Shown: one piece after another, positions 10,531 through 20,202 of the stretch
How the letters are laid out: every line of letters begins with the position of its first letter
Numbering within the stretch: position 1 is the first letter of the stretch
Source of the DNA: Gammaproteobacteria bacterium
GTDB lineage: Bacteria; Pseudomonadota; Gammaproteobacteria; Steroidobacterales; Rariloculaceae
Direction of reading: 5' to 3'
Length of the DNA: 64,000 nucleotides
NCBI GenBank assembly: GCA_050485645.1
Contig: JBJHBT010000004.1
Span: 54,220-118,219, forward strand
Program-made: the position numbers and the translations under genes
The notes under the pieces: model-generated
The model's database searches: none
Told to the model about the DNA's origin: nothing
Seen by the model: the letters and a program-made list of their open reading frames with translations, nothing else

Positions 10531-11741
10531 TCTGGAACACCGTGTTGCTGGCCTTCCGCGCACTGCTGCGCAACACGATGCGCTCGGCGCTCACCATGCT
10601 CGGCATCGTGATCGGCGTGGCCGCGGTGATCACGATGGTGACGCTGGGCTCGGGAGCCCGTGAAAGTGTCACCGAGGGTGTCTCCAGCCTGGGCGACCGG
10701 CTGCTGTTCATTTCTCCCGGCCTGGCCGGTGGCGGTGGCGGGATGCAGCGCAGCGCCACGATACGTCAGTTCACGATGCGTGACGTGGAAGCGATCGCAC
10801 GCGAGGTCAGCGGCCTTCAGGGCGTGTCGCCGGCAACCTCCAGTGCGGTCACCGCGATCGCCGGCAACAACAACTGGAACGTCAGCGTCACGGGTGTGAC
10901 CAGGGAGTTCTTTCCGGTGCGCAACACGCAGGTGTTGCGCGGCGAGGAGTTCAGCGAAGCGCATTACCGCAGTGGCCGGCTGGTCTGCATCATCGGCAGG
11001 ACGGTGCGCGAGGAACTGTTCGGGTCGGCCGATCCGGTGGGTGCGGAGATTCGTCTGGGCCGTCACGCGTGCCCGGTTGTCGGGGAACTGGAGCCCAAGG
11101 GGCAGTCCGGATTCGGGCAGGATCAGGACAATGTCATCCTCGCGCCGCTGCGTGCGGTGCAGAGCCGCCTGATCGGCAACGAGGACATCACCACGGTGGC
11201 CGTGTCCATGGCTCCGACGGCGCGGACATCGGACGTGATCGAGCAGATTACCGCGCTGCTGCGCGAACGGCGCAACATCGGTCCGCGCGATGCCGACAAC
11301 TTCCAGATCATGGACATGGCGGAAGTGGCCGGGGTGGTTGCCAGTGTCACCGGCGTGCTGACGCTGTTTCTCACCGCGATTGCCGCCGTAAGCCTGCTGG
11401 TTGGCGGCATCGGCATCATGAACATCATGCTGGTGTCGGTTACCGAGCGCACCCGGGAGATCGGCATCCGCCTGGCGATCGGTGCCATGGAGGGGGAGGT
11501 GCTGGCCCAGTTTCTGGTGGAAGCGGTGATCCTCACCACACTGGGCGGCATCATCGGTGTGGCACTGGGACTGGGAGGCTCCTGGCTGGCTGCCGGTGCG
11601 TTGGGTTTCCCGTTCGTCGTGGATCCCATCGTTATCGTTGTGGCCTTCCTGTTTTCCGCACTGATTGGTGTTCTGTTCGGTTTCCTGCCGGCACGACGCG
11701 CCGCCAGTCTCGATCCCATCGACGCCCTGCGCCATGAGTGA
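10527..11741 (+). CDS. MacB-type ABC permease
   Basis: RSALTMLGIVIGV, GGIGIMNIMLVSVTERTREIGIR, DPIDALRHE. Confidence 0.9.
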   Translation: MIWNTVLLAFRALLRNTMRSALTMLGIVIGVAAVITMVTLGSGARESVTEGVSSLGDRLLFISPGLAGGGGGMQRSATIRQFTMRDVEAIAREVSGLQGVSPATSSAVTAIAGNNNWNVSVTGVTREFFPVRNTQVLRGEEFSEAHYRSGRLVCIIGRTVREELFGSADPVGAEIRLGRHACPVVGELEPKGQSGFGQDQDNVILAPLRAVQSRLIGNEDITTVAVSMAPTARTSDVIEQITALLRERRNIGPRDADNFQIMDMAEVAGVVASVTGVLTLFLTAIAAVSLLVGGIGIMNIMLVSVTERTREIGIRLAIGAMEGEVLAQFLVEAVILTTLGGIIGVALGLGGSWLAAGALGFPFVVDPIVIVVAFLFSALIGVLFGFLPARRAASLDPIDALRHE

Positions 11742-11747
11742 GCAGCG

Positions 11748-13238
11748 ATGATCTGCATGCCTGAACCCGACCCCGCGGTATTGCAAAGGCGCGCCGAGAT
11801 CGCGACGGCGCTCGGCCAGCTGGTCGGCGAGCGTCATGTCATCAGCCATGTCACGCAGCTGGCGGTGTATGAGACTGACGCACTCACCGCGTACCGACAG
11901 ACACCTCTGGTGGTCGCGTTGCCCGGCAGCACGGAAGAGGTCGCGGCTGTACTGGCTTATGCGGCACGCGAAGGACTGCGAGTCGTACCGCGCGGTGCGG
12001 GCACGTCGCTGTCCGGCGGGGCGATACCGGCGGCTGATGCCATTGTCGTTGGTCTTTCGCGCTTCAGCCGCATTCTCGACGTGGACTATCCGAATCGCTG
12101 CGTGCTGGCACAGAGCGGCGTGACCAACCTGGCAATCAGTCATGCGGTGGCTGATCGGGGTTACTACTACGCACCGGACCCCTCCAGCCAGATCGCCTGC
12201 ACGATAGGCGGCAACGTCGCCGAAAATTCCGGCGGCGTGCACTGCCTGAAGTACGGGCTCACGACCAACAACGTTCTGGGCCTGAAGCTGGTGACGCCGG
12301 ACGGTGAGATCCTTGAGCTGGGCGGCCGGCATCTGGACAGTGACGGCTACGACCTGCTGGGCCTGACCATCGGCTCGGAAGGGCTGATCGGTGTCGTTAC
12401 CGAGGTCACCGTGCGCATTCTGCGCAGACCGCAGACGGCCCGCGCGTTACTTGTCGGGTTCGCCGAAGTTGAACAGGCGGCTGCCTGCGTCGCGTCGGTG
12501 ATTGCGGCGGGTATCGTGCCTGCCGGCATGGAGATGATGGACCGGCTGGCCATCCATGCGGCCGAGGCTTTCGTGAAGGCGGGTTATCCGCTGGACGTCG
12601 ACGCGCTGCTGATCGTGGAACTGGACGGGCCCGCGGCGGATGTCGACGAGCTGGTCATGCAGGTACGCGATATCGCCGCCGGGCACGGTTCATCGAGCTG
12701 CCGGATCTCGAGCGATGAAGAGGAACGGCTGCGCTTCTGGGCCGGCAGAAAGGCGGCGTTTCCGGCTGTGGGCCGCATCAGCCCCGACTACTTCTGCATG
12801 GATGGCACGATACCCCGCCGCGAGCTGCCCCGGGTGCTGAAGGAAATCGGCGAGCTCGGGGCGCAGTTCGGGCTGCGTGTAGCCAACGTTTTTCATGCCG
12901 GTGACGGCAATCTGCACCCGCTGATACTTTACGATGCAAACAAGTCGGATGAGCTTGAAAAGGCAGAGCTTTTTGGTAACGAAATTCTGCGGCGCTGCGT
13001 CGATGCCGGCGGCGTGCTCAGCGGTGAACACGGCGTTGGTCTGGAAAAGCGCGAGCTCATGAGCTACCAGTTCAGTGCGGTGGACCTCGAAGTTCAGCGG
13101 CGCGTGAAGGCGGCGTTCGATCCGTCGCTGCGTTTCAATCCCGGCAAGGTGTTCCCGATGCTGTCGCGCTGCTCCGAAGGCGGACGCGAGCATGTTCATG
13201 GTGGCGCCGAGCGGTTCCCCGATCTGCCGCGGTTCTGA
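11748..13238 (+). CDS. glcD: Glycolate oxidase FAD subunit
   Basis: PRGAGTSLSGG, APDPSSQIAC, HCLKYG, FHAGDGNLHP, GEHGVG. Confidence 0.92.
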   Translation: MICMPEPDPAVLQRRAEIATALGQLVGERHVISHVTQLAVYETDALTAYRQTPLVVALPGSTEEVAAVLAYAAREGLRVVPRGAGTSLSGGAIPAADAIVVGLSRFSRILDVDYPNRCVLAQSGVTNLAISHAVADRGYYYAPDPSSQIACTIGGNVAENSGGVHCLKYGLTTNNVLGLKLVTPDGEILELGGRHLDSDGYDLLGLTIGSEGLIGVVTEVTVRILRRPQTARALLVGFAEVEQAAACVASVIAAGIVPAGMEMMDRLAIHAAEAFVKAGYPLDVDALLIVELDGPAADVDELVMQVRDIAAGHGSSSCRISSDEEERLRFWAGRKAAFPAVGRISPDYFCMDGTIPRRELPRVLKEIGELGAQFGLRVANVFHAGDGNLHPLILYDANKSDELEKAELFGNEILRRCVDAGGVLSGEHGVGLEKRELMSYQFSAVDLEVQRRVKAAFDPSLRFNPGKVFPMLSRCSEGGREHVHGGAERFPDLPRF

Positions 13239-13254
13239 TGAGCGTAAGGGTCGA

Positions 13255-14400
13255 ATGAGCGCGGACGTCGAAGCCGGGACGCAGCGGGTACTCCGCCCGC
13301 GTGATGCCGACGATCTGGCGCAGATCATTGCCGATGGCGGCCATGCGCTGGAACCGACGGGGCTGGGTTCCAAACGCACCATCGGGCGACCCGTGCAGGC
13401 AGACAGACTCGATCTGCGGGCGTTGAACGGCATCATTGACTACGAGCCGGCCGAACTGATGCTGACCCTGCGGCCGGCCACACCGCTCGTCGAGGTCGAA
13501 CAGCTGCTGGCCCGTCATGGTCAACGACTGGCTTTCGAGCCGCCGGATTTCGGCCGGCTTCTGGGGCATGAGCGGCCGCAGTCGATCGGTGGCGTACTGG
13601 CGGGGAATCTGTCGGGATCTCGGCGCATGGTGGCCGGAGCAGCCCGCGATCACTTCCTCGGGCTGCGCGCCGTCAACGGGCACGCGGAGCAGTTCACGGC
13701 CGGGGGTCGCGTGGTGAAGAACGTGACCGGCTACGATCTGCCCAAGCTGCTCGCCGGATCCTGGGGCACGCTGGCGGTGTTCACCGAAGTGACTGTGCGC
13801 ACCGCGCCACGGGTGCAAGCCGAACTCACACTGCAGCTGCCGGTCGGGGGGGCGCACGACGGTGCGGAACTCATGCGCCTTGCGCTGGCGTCCGACTGCG
13901 AGGTGAGCGCCGCGTCCCTGCGTCCGGACGAAGGGGTGGCCCTCCGCCTTGAAGGCGGCGCGGCCTCCATCCGCCATCGTGCCGACGCGCTGCTGCGAGA
14001 GCTGGCCCGACCTGCGGTGGCGGAACTGGAAGACGGCGTATCACTGCGATTCTGGCGGGCCACAGGCGCGGCAGAGCCGCTGGCCGACTGGCCGGTGGTC
14101 TGGCGACTTTCGGTACCCCCGGCCGCCGCCGCCGCGACGATCACTGCGCTGGCCCCCGATCAGTGGCTGGCCGACTGGGGAGGCGGGTTGATCTGGGCCG
14201 CCTATCGCGACGTCGACGAAGCGAGGGTACGCGGTGCGCTGAGGGACGGCGGTCATGCGATGCTGTTCAAGGCGGGGGACGAGGTCCGGCGGCAGGTGGC
14301 GGTGTTTCCTCCACTGTCCGCCGTGGCGGCCCGTTTCAGCGCACGACTCCGGGAGGCTTTCGACCCGGAAGGCAAGCTGAATCCGGGGCGTATGGGCTGA
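13255..14400 (+). CDS. glcE: Glycolate oxidase subunit GlcE
   Basis: DYEPAEL, LAFEPP, GGRVVKNVTGYDL, FDPEGKLNPGR. Confidence 0.9.
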   Translation: MSADVEAGTQRVLRPRDADDLAQIIADGGHALEPTGLGSKRTIGRPVQADRLDLRALNGIIDYEPAELMLTLRPATPLVEVEQLLARHGQRLAFEPPDFGRLLGHERPQSIGGVLAGNLSGSRRMVAGAARDHFLGLRAVNGHAEQFTAGGRVVKNVTGYDLPKLLAGSWGTLAVFTEVTVRTAPRVQAELTLQLPVGGAHDGAELMRLALASDCEVSAASLRPDEGVALRLEGGAASIRHRADALLRELARPAVAELEDGVSLRFWRATGAAEPLADWPVVWRLSVPPAAAAATITALAPDQWLADWGGGLIWAAYRDVDEARVRGALRDGGHAMLFKAGDEVRRQVAVFPPLSAVAARFSARLREAFDPEGKLNPGRMG

Positions 14401-14419
14401 ACCTGATGTCGCATCAAGT

Positions 14420-14462
14420 GGATTCTAGATATCATTTATAACTATATAATTTAAAACAAATT
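14420..14462 (+). promoter_or_regulatory. AT-rich spacer with TATAAT; possible internal promoter of glcF
   Basis: TATAAT at 14445-14450 in an almost pure A/T tract; no good -35 box. Confidence 0.4.
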
Positions 14463-15851
14463 ATGCAAACACGGTTTTCAGCGCAGCAGCTGACGGATCC
14501 GGAGATCGCGGCCAGCGAACCGATACTGCGTGCCTGTGTGCACTGCGGGTTCTGCACGGCAACCTGTCCCACCTATGTGCTGCTCGGTGACGAACTGGAC
14601 AGTCCGCGTGGCCGCATTCATCTGATCCGGAACATGCTGGAACAGGGGGCACCCGCCAGCGAGGAGGTCGTCACCCATATCGACCGCTGCCTGTCGTGTC
14701 TGTCGTGCATGAGCACCTGTCCGTCCGGCGTGCATTATCAGCACCTGATCGACCATGCGCGCGTGCATGTGGAGCGTACGTTTCGCCGTCCCTGGCGCGA
14801 CAGACTGCTGCGTTGGCTGCTGGCATCCGTGCTGCCCCATCGTGCACGTTTTCGTGCGGCGCTGCGTCTGGCCCATCTGACCCGTCCGCTGCATCGCCTG
14901 CTGCCTGGCCGTCTGCGGGTGATCGCCGCGGCCGTGCCCGCCCGAACGGCAGGAAGGCGGATGACCGGTCCGGTGGCGGTGAATCGGCGGCCGCGGCGAC
15001 AAGGCCGGAATGGTGACGGGAACGCTGGCGGGGGAGCCGGGGAGGGCACTGCGGAGACGGTCCAGCCTGGTGCCGCTGATCCCGCTGATCCGTCCGTGAC
15101 AGGCGGGCGCATGCGCAGGCGCGTGGCGCTGCTGGAAGGCTGTGTGCAACCCGTGCTGGCGCCGGAGATCACGGCGGCCGCCGAAAGGCTGCTGGTGCGC
15201 TGCGGCGCTGACGTGGTGCGGGTGGGTGGTTGCTGTGGCGCGCTGACGCATCATCTGGGCCGTGAACGTGAGACGAGGCGGCTGGGCACCTCGATGATCG
15301 ATCAGTTGCATGAGGTCCATCGCCAGGGTGCGCTGGCGGCGGTGGCTGTTACCGCCTCGGGCTGCGGTACGCACGCGAAGGACTTCGGGTGGCAATTCAG
15401 GGACAGTACGAAGGTTCAGCGGGCCACGGACATCTCGGAGAAAGTTCAGGACATCACCGAGGTGTTGCTGACGCTGGGACTACCGTCGCCGGTGCCGCGC
15501 CCGGCGCTCACCGTGGCTTACCATTCAGCGTGCTCCATGCAGCACGGCCAGCAGTTGCATCGGCCGCCGCGTGCGCTGCTCAGGGCGGCAGGTTTTACTG
15601 TCGTGGAAATCGCTGAAGGGCATCTGTGCTGCGGATCGGCGGGTACCTACAACCTGTTGCAGCCGGAGATTGCGGCCGGTCTGCGTGATCGCAAGCTGGT
15701 CAACATTCTGGCCACGCGACCGGATGTGGTCGCCACCGGCAATATCGGGTGCATCGCCCAGCTGGGCCCGCACGCCGGAATACCGGTGGTGCACACCGTG
15801 CAGCTGCTCGACTGGGCAACCGGGGGACCGACGCCCCCGGGCCTCGACTGA
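14463..15851 (+). CDS. glcF: Glycolate oxidase Fe-S subunit
   Basis: CVHCGFCTATCP, CLSCLSCMSTCP, two CCG motifs. Confidence 0.92.
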   Translation: MQTRFSAQQLTDPEIAASEPILRACVHCGFCTATCPTYVLLGDELDSPRGRIHLIRNMLEQGAPASEEVVTHIDRCLSCLSCMSTCPSGVHYQHLIDHARVHVERTFRRPWRDRLLRWLLASVLPHRARFRAALRLAHLTRPLHRLLPGRLRVIAAAVPARTAGRRMTGPVAVNRRPRRQGRNGDGNAGGGAGEGTAETVQPGAADPADPSVTGGRMRRRVALLEGCVQPVLAPEITAAAERLLVRCGADVVRVGGCCGALTHHLGRERETRRLGTSMIDQLHEVHRQGALAAVAVTASGCGTHAKDFGWQFRDSTKVQRATDISEKVQDITEVLLTLGLPSPVPRPALTVAYHSACSMQHGQQLHRPPRALLRAAGFTVVEIAEGHLCCGSAGTYNLLQPEIAAGLRDRKLVNILATRPDVVATGNIGCIAQLGPHAGIPVVHTVQLLDWATGGPTPPGLD

Positions 15852-16568
15852 TCAGCGAGGCACCTTCAGGGGCGACTGGCGGCTGTGCTCCGCGAGCACC
15901 TCCAGAGCGGATGGCAGATCCTCGAACCGGTCGATGGCAGCGATGACGTCGCTGTCGCGTTCGTTGAGCGTCGCGCAGTAGCCGTATCTTGCCCAGACGA
16001 ATCCGGCGAATCCGGCATCACGGGCGGCACCCAGATCATGGTATGAGTCGCCGAACATCACCGCGTCCTGGCAGCGCACGTCCAGCCGCTCGGCGGCGGT
16101 GACCAGCTGCAGCGGGCTGGGCTTTTTTTCCGCCAGGCTGTCGCCACCCAGGATCAGTTCGAAGCGGTCGTCGATGCCTGCATGCTTCAGCACCGCCTCG
16201 GCGTAGCGAATACGCTTGTTGGTGATGCAGCAAAGCCTCACGCCCTGATCACGCAGCGCATCCAGTACGTCGACCACCCGCGGATACAGGCTGCTGCGCG
16301 TGAAGATGTTGTTGCGATAACAGGCACTGAAGGTTTCCAGGGCCGTGGTGAACTCGTCCGAATGCCCGGCCGTGGTGCCAGGCAGCATGGCCAGTGCGCG
16401 CTCCAGCAGGGTCTCGATGCCGTCGCCGATCAACGATCGCGTCAGCGTTTCGCCTGGCGCGGGTCTGCCGGTGGCCTGCATTGCCTGACCCAGGCAATAG
16501 GACAGATCCGGCGCGGAGTCGATGAGGGTGCCATCGAGGTCGATGGCCAGCAGGGTGGGGTTGGTCAA
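15852..16568 (-). CDS. gph: Phosphoglycolate phosphatase (HAD)
   Basis: DLDGTLIDSAPDL, TNK, GGDSLAEKKPSP, GDSYHD. Confidence 0.85.
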   Translation of the reverse strand: MTNPTLLAIDLDGTLIDSAPDLSYCLGQAMQATGRPAPGETLTRSLIGDGIETLLERALAMLPGTTAGHSDEFTTALETFSACYRNNIFTRSSLYPRVVDVLDALRDQGVRLCCITNKRIRYAEAVLKHAGIDDRFELILGGDSLAEKKPSPLQLVTAAERLDVRCQDAVMFGDSYHDLGAARDAGFAGFVWARYGYCATLNERDSDVIAAIDRFEDLPSALEVLAEHSRQSPLKVPR

Positions 16569-16644
16569 GTTCGAAACTGGTGGCGGCTGGCCGGGATGGC
16601 GGGGGAGGTGCTACTCCCCCGCCGGCCGTTTCAGTCAGGCATCA

Positions 16645-17640
16645 TCAGAAGATGCGGAACGGGATGGCTGCGGGAGCGGTCATCAGCTTTTCCAGCTCGT
16701 CATCCAGTCGCAGCAGTGTCAGCGAAGCACCGGCCATTTCCAGCGAGGTGCAGTAGTTGCCGACGTAGCTCAGAGAGACTTTCAGTCCGGCATCCTTGGC
16801 GCGATTCGCTGCGCGACGATACAGCACGTACAGTTCGCTGGGCGGGGTGCCACCGAGGCCGTTGATCATCAGCGCAACACGGTCACCCGACTTGAACGGC
16901 AGGTCCGACGACACCGCGTCGAACAACTCGTCGGTGATTGCATCGGCGCTCTTGAGCTTGTCGCGACGGCGACCCGGCTCACCGTGAATGCCAACACCGA
17001 CTTCGATCTCGTCTTCGCCTAGCTGGAAGATCGGTGAGCCCTTGGCGGGCGGCGTGCACGACGTCAGCGCCACACCCATGGAACGAACCTGACCATTGAC
17101 CTTCTTGGCCAGCGCCAGCAGTTCATCGAGGCTGGCGCCATTCTCCGCGGCAGCGCCACAGGCCTTGATCACGAAGAAGTTGCCGGCTACGCCGCGACGT
17201 CCGACGGTGTGCGTGCTGTCCTGCACCGCGACGTCGTCATCGATCAGGAAGGACTTCACGTTGATACCTTCCGCCTGGGCCATTTCAACGGCCATGTCCC
17301 AGTTCATTCGGTCGCCCTGGTAGTTGTTGATCAGCACCAGCACGCCGGCATCGGAGTTCATCACGCGGATGCACTCCAGACAGTTGTCCATCGGCGGTGC
17401 CGCGAACACGCCACCTGGTGTGGCGGCATCGAGCATGCCAGGGCCGACGGCCATGATGTGGGCCGGTTCATGGCCGCTGCCCGACCCCTGGATCACGGAG
17501 ACCTTGCCCTTGGCCGGACGGTCGGTGCGATGGACGATGGCGTTCTCCGGCAGGTAGCGGATCATGTCCGGATTGGCGAGCTGCAGTCCTTCGAGCATCT
17601 CGGGCACGAAGTTCGCGGGATCGTTAACGAATTTTTTCAT
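16645..17640 (-). CDS. dhaK: Dihydroxyacetone kinase K subunit
   Basis: MKKFVND, GSGHEP, NYQGD, GRRGVAG, GVGIHGEPG, TSLEMAG. Confidence 0.92.
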   Translation of the reverse strand: MKKFVNDPANFVPEMLEGLQLANPDMIRYLPENAIVHRTDRPAKGKVSVIQGSGSGHEPAHIMAVGPGMLDAATPGGVFAAPPMDNCLECIRVMNSDAGVLVLINNYQGDRMNWDMAVEMAQAEGINVKSFLIDDDVAVQDSTHTVGRRGVAGNFFVIKACGAAAENGASLDELLALAKKVNGQVRSMGVALTSCTPPAKGSPIFQLGEDEIEVGVGIHGEPGRRRDKLKSADAITDELFDAVSSDLPFKSGDRVALMINGLGGTPPSELYVLYRRAANRAKDAGLKVSLSYVGNYCTSLEMAGASLTLLRLDDELEKLMTAPAAIPFRIF

Positions 17641-17707
17641 TGTGGCCCCCAAAAAGCCTGTTGATTGAAAATGATTTTTTGTTGCTTTGAACAGCGATGG
17701 TTCAGAT

Positions 17708-18376
17708 TCAGGAGGCCGCCTTGGCTTCCTGCGTATCGGACACACCGAATGCTTCGCACAGATCGCCCAGCATCGTTGCGATCGCGACGATACCCGGATC
17801 CTTGGTGCCCTTGCTGCGATCGCCGGTGAATGACTGACGGCCGCGGCGTGCGGTCCAGTCGATGGTTTCGTCGATCGCGTGGTCGGCAATGCGCCTGGCT
17901 TCCGCGAGCACCTCGGCGGGGGAGGCATTCGGGTCGGTGGCGCGCTGAGCCAGCATTTCCTGAATCGGGATCAACGAGTCCAGCAGTGTCTTGTCGCCGC
18001 GCTGCGCGCCGCCACGCTGCTGTATGCCTTCGATCGCGGCAGCCACCATGCCGTTCAGGTCCTGCAGCGTGATCGCGTCCTTGTCGCGGCACAGGGCTGC
18101 CGCGCGCATGAAGCCGGTACCCCAGATCGGTCCTGAGCATCCGCCCACGTTGCGGGCAATGATCATGCTGACCTTGAGCAGCAGGTTGCCGATCGAGCTG
18201 CGGTCCAGCTCATCCCAGTCCTTCTCGATGACACGGAACCCGGAAGCCAGCGAGACGCCGAAGTCGGCGTCGCCAGCGGCCGCGTCCAGTTCGGAAAAGT
18301 ACTGTTCGTTGCGAAGGGCGGTGGCCGCGATGGTTTTCAACGCAAGCTCCACATCCCCCTGAGTGATTTGACTCAT
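17708..18376 (-). CDS. dhaL: Dihydroxyacetone kinase L subunit
   Basis: LDAAAGDADFG, GGCSGPIWG, GDKTLLD, DPG. Confidence 0.9.
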   Translation of the reverse strand: MSQITQGDVELALKTIAATALRNEQYFSELDAAAGDADFGVSLASGFRVIEKDWDELDRSSIGNLLLKVSMIIARNVGGCSGPIWGTGFMRAAALCRDKDAITLQDLNGMVAAAIEGIQQRGGAQRGDKTLLDSLIPIQEMLAQRATDPNASPAEVLAEARRIADHAIDETIDWTARRGRQSFTGDRSKGTKDPGIVAIATMLGDLCEAFGVSDTQEAKAAS

Positions 18377-18411
18377 CGGTGATACTCCCCAGATGTTGCC
18401 GTGTGTTTGAT

Positions 18412-19143
18412 TTATGCGGCGTTGCGCGCTACCAGCTCTTGCAGATCGCCCAAAGCGATCTGGACGTTGGGCGGATCGCCCAATTCCGGTACCACCTTCG
18501 CGGCTTCCTTGAAGTCTTCCTCGGTGGTGTAGGTGCTGGTCGTGATCAGGCACGGGAATCCCGCCCCTGTCGCTGCGAGCAATCCGTTGCGACTGTCTTC
18601 AATGACGATGCCTTCGCTGGCTGGAAGTCCAAGCGTTTTCTTGGCCAGTTCGTAGATCTCCGGGTCCGGCTTTTTCTTCGAGACCACATCACCGGCATGG
18701 ACGAACTCGAATTGTGCCTTGCGCTCCGGTCCCATCAGATCAAGCACACCGGAGACCGATTTCATCGCCGACGTGGTGCAGACGCCGAGTCGGATCCCCG
18801 CCGCCAGCGCTTCGTCGACGATTCGCAGGATCCCGGCGCGCAGCGGCAGTTTCCCGGTGGCGATCATGTCCGCGAAGATTTCGGTCTTGCGCTTGTGCAG
18901 CGCGGCAATCAGCGAATCACGGTCGGCTGCGCCCGTCGCTTTCAGATCGGGCCAGCCGGCCGTGTCGAAGTTGTGCCGCATGCGTTCCTTGCCGCCGGCC
19001 ACCTTGAGCAGCTCGCCGTACAACTCGACGTCCCAGCTTCGGTCAATGCCGAAATCCTTGAACGCGCGGTTGAATGCGACGCGATGGCCGTCCCTTTCGG
19101 TGTCTACGAGAACACCGTCACAATCAAAAATAAGTGCCTTCAT
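18412..19143 (-). CDS. CbbY-like HAD phosphatase
   Basis: FDCDGVLVDTERDGHRVAFN, GGKERM, KKPDPEIY, IEDSRNG. Confidence 0.85.
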   Translation of the reverse strand: MKALIFDCDGVLVDTERDGHRVAFNRAFKDFGIDRSWDVELYGELLKVAGGKERMRHNFDTAGWPDLKATGAADRDSLIAALHKRKTEIFADMIATGKLPLRAGILRIVDEALAAGIRLGVCTTSAMKSVSGVLDLMGPERKAQFEFVHAGDVVSKKKPDPEIYELAKKTLGLPASEGIVIEDSRNGLLAATGAGFPCLITTSTYTTEEDFKEAAKVVPELGDPPNVQIALGDLQELVARNAA

Positions 19144-19157
19144 ACCGATGTCGATCT

Positions 19158-20036
19158 TCAGGCGACTTTGGCGAGGACTTCGGCGCCGCGGTTCGAGCCA
19201 CCGAACTGCGCAATCTTTTCCTTGAACAGCCCTTTCAGTGCCTCGAACTGGGCGCCAAGTACGCGCAGCGGTTCGTAGTCCTTGGGGTTGTCGCGGTGAT
19301 AGTCGGCGAAGCTGTCGATGAAGACATGCTTGAGGTTGGTGGAGATGTTGATCTTGGCGCAACCCAGCCTGATGCACTTCTGGATAACTTCGTCGGACAG
19401 GCCGGTGCCACCATGCAGCGCCATCGGCACGCCGGTGCGCTTGTTGATATCGCCGATCAGGTCGAACTGCACTTCGGGTTCGCCATGATAGTAACCATGT
19501 GCGGTACCGATGGCGGCGGCAAACGCGGCCAGCTTGAGTTCACTGCAGAAGCGTTCCGCTTCGGCCGGGTCGGTCAGCTGCGACTCGTGCTCGAGCACGA
19601 CCATGTCGTCCTCGACGCCGAGAATCTGGCCGATCTCCGCCTCGACACCGATTCCGGCTGCGCTCGCCCAGTCAACGACCTGTCGGGTCAGACGCAGGTT
19701 TTCCTCGAAGGGTTTGTCGGAAGCGTCGATCATCACGGACGTCCAGCCCGTGTCGACGCACTTCTTGATCATGTCCATGTCCTTGCCGTGGTCCAGGTGC
19801 AGCACGACCGGGACGGGCGAGTCGCCGGCGATTTCCTGCATCCAGCCGTAGATGGCTTCATGGCTGTAGTAATTGATCGTCTTGGCGGACGCCTGGATGA
19901 TGACCGGAGCATTGAGCTCCTCGGCCGCCTTGACCATGGCCTTCATGGAGGCGTAGTCGACGGGGTTGAAGGCTGCGACGGCGTATCCTTTCGCCTTCGC
20001 TTCCGCCAGTACGGGTGTAATGCTTACCAGTGGCAT
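19158..20036 (-). CDS. fba: Class II fructose/tagatose-bisphosphate aldolase
   Basis: LHLDHG, SVMIDAS, VEAEIG, IGTAHG, LHGGTG, KINIST. Confidence 0.85.
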   Translation of the reverse strand: MPLVSITPVLAEAKAKGYAVAAFNPVDYASMKAMVKAAEELNAPVIIQASAKTINYYSHEAIYGWMQEIAGDSPVPVVLHLDHGKDMDMIKKCVDTGWTSVMIDASDKPFEENLRLTRQVVDWASAAGIGVEAEIGQILGVEDDMVVLEHESQLTDPAEAERFCSELKLAAFAAAIGTAHGYYHGEPEVQFDLIGDINKRTGVPMALHGGTGLSDEVIQKCIRLGCAKINISTNLKHVFIDSFADYHRDNPKDYEPLRVLGAQFEALKGLFKEKIAQFGGSNRGAEVLAKVA

Positions 20037-20202
20037 GTCGGTTTCTCCTTTGGCCACCGCGGAACGGTGGAAACTGGTACGGGCTCGAGTCGAGTGAGAC
20101 CCGTAATATACGTTAACGGGCGCCGGTTTGTCCCGCCGCGAGGGCGGGACAGCAGCGCCTGAGGGCTTATTCTCCGGACCCCCGGGTCAGTCCCGGGTGT
20201 TG

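Noticed and set aside
10515-12332. Long antisense ORFs (also 38466-40196, 41277-42902 and others)
   Set aside because: Expected in high-GC DNA opposite well-supported genes; no motifs
18412-19143. Evidence of Calvin-cycle autotrophy from the cbbY-like gene
   Set aside because: No RuBisCO or phosphoribulokinase in the window, and CbbY-like HADs also occur in heterotrophs
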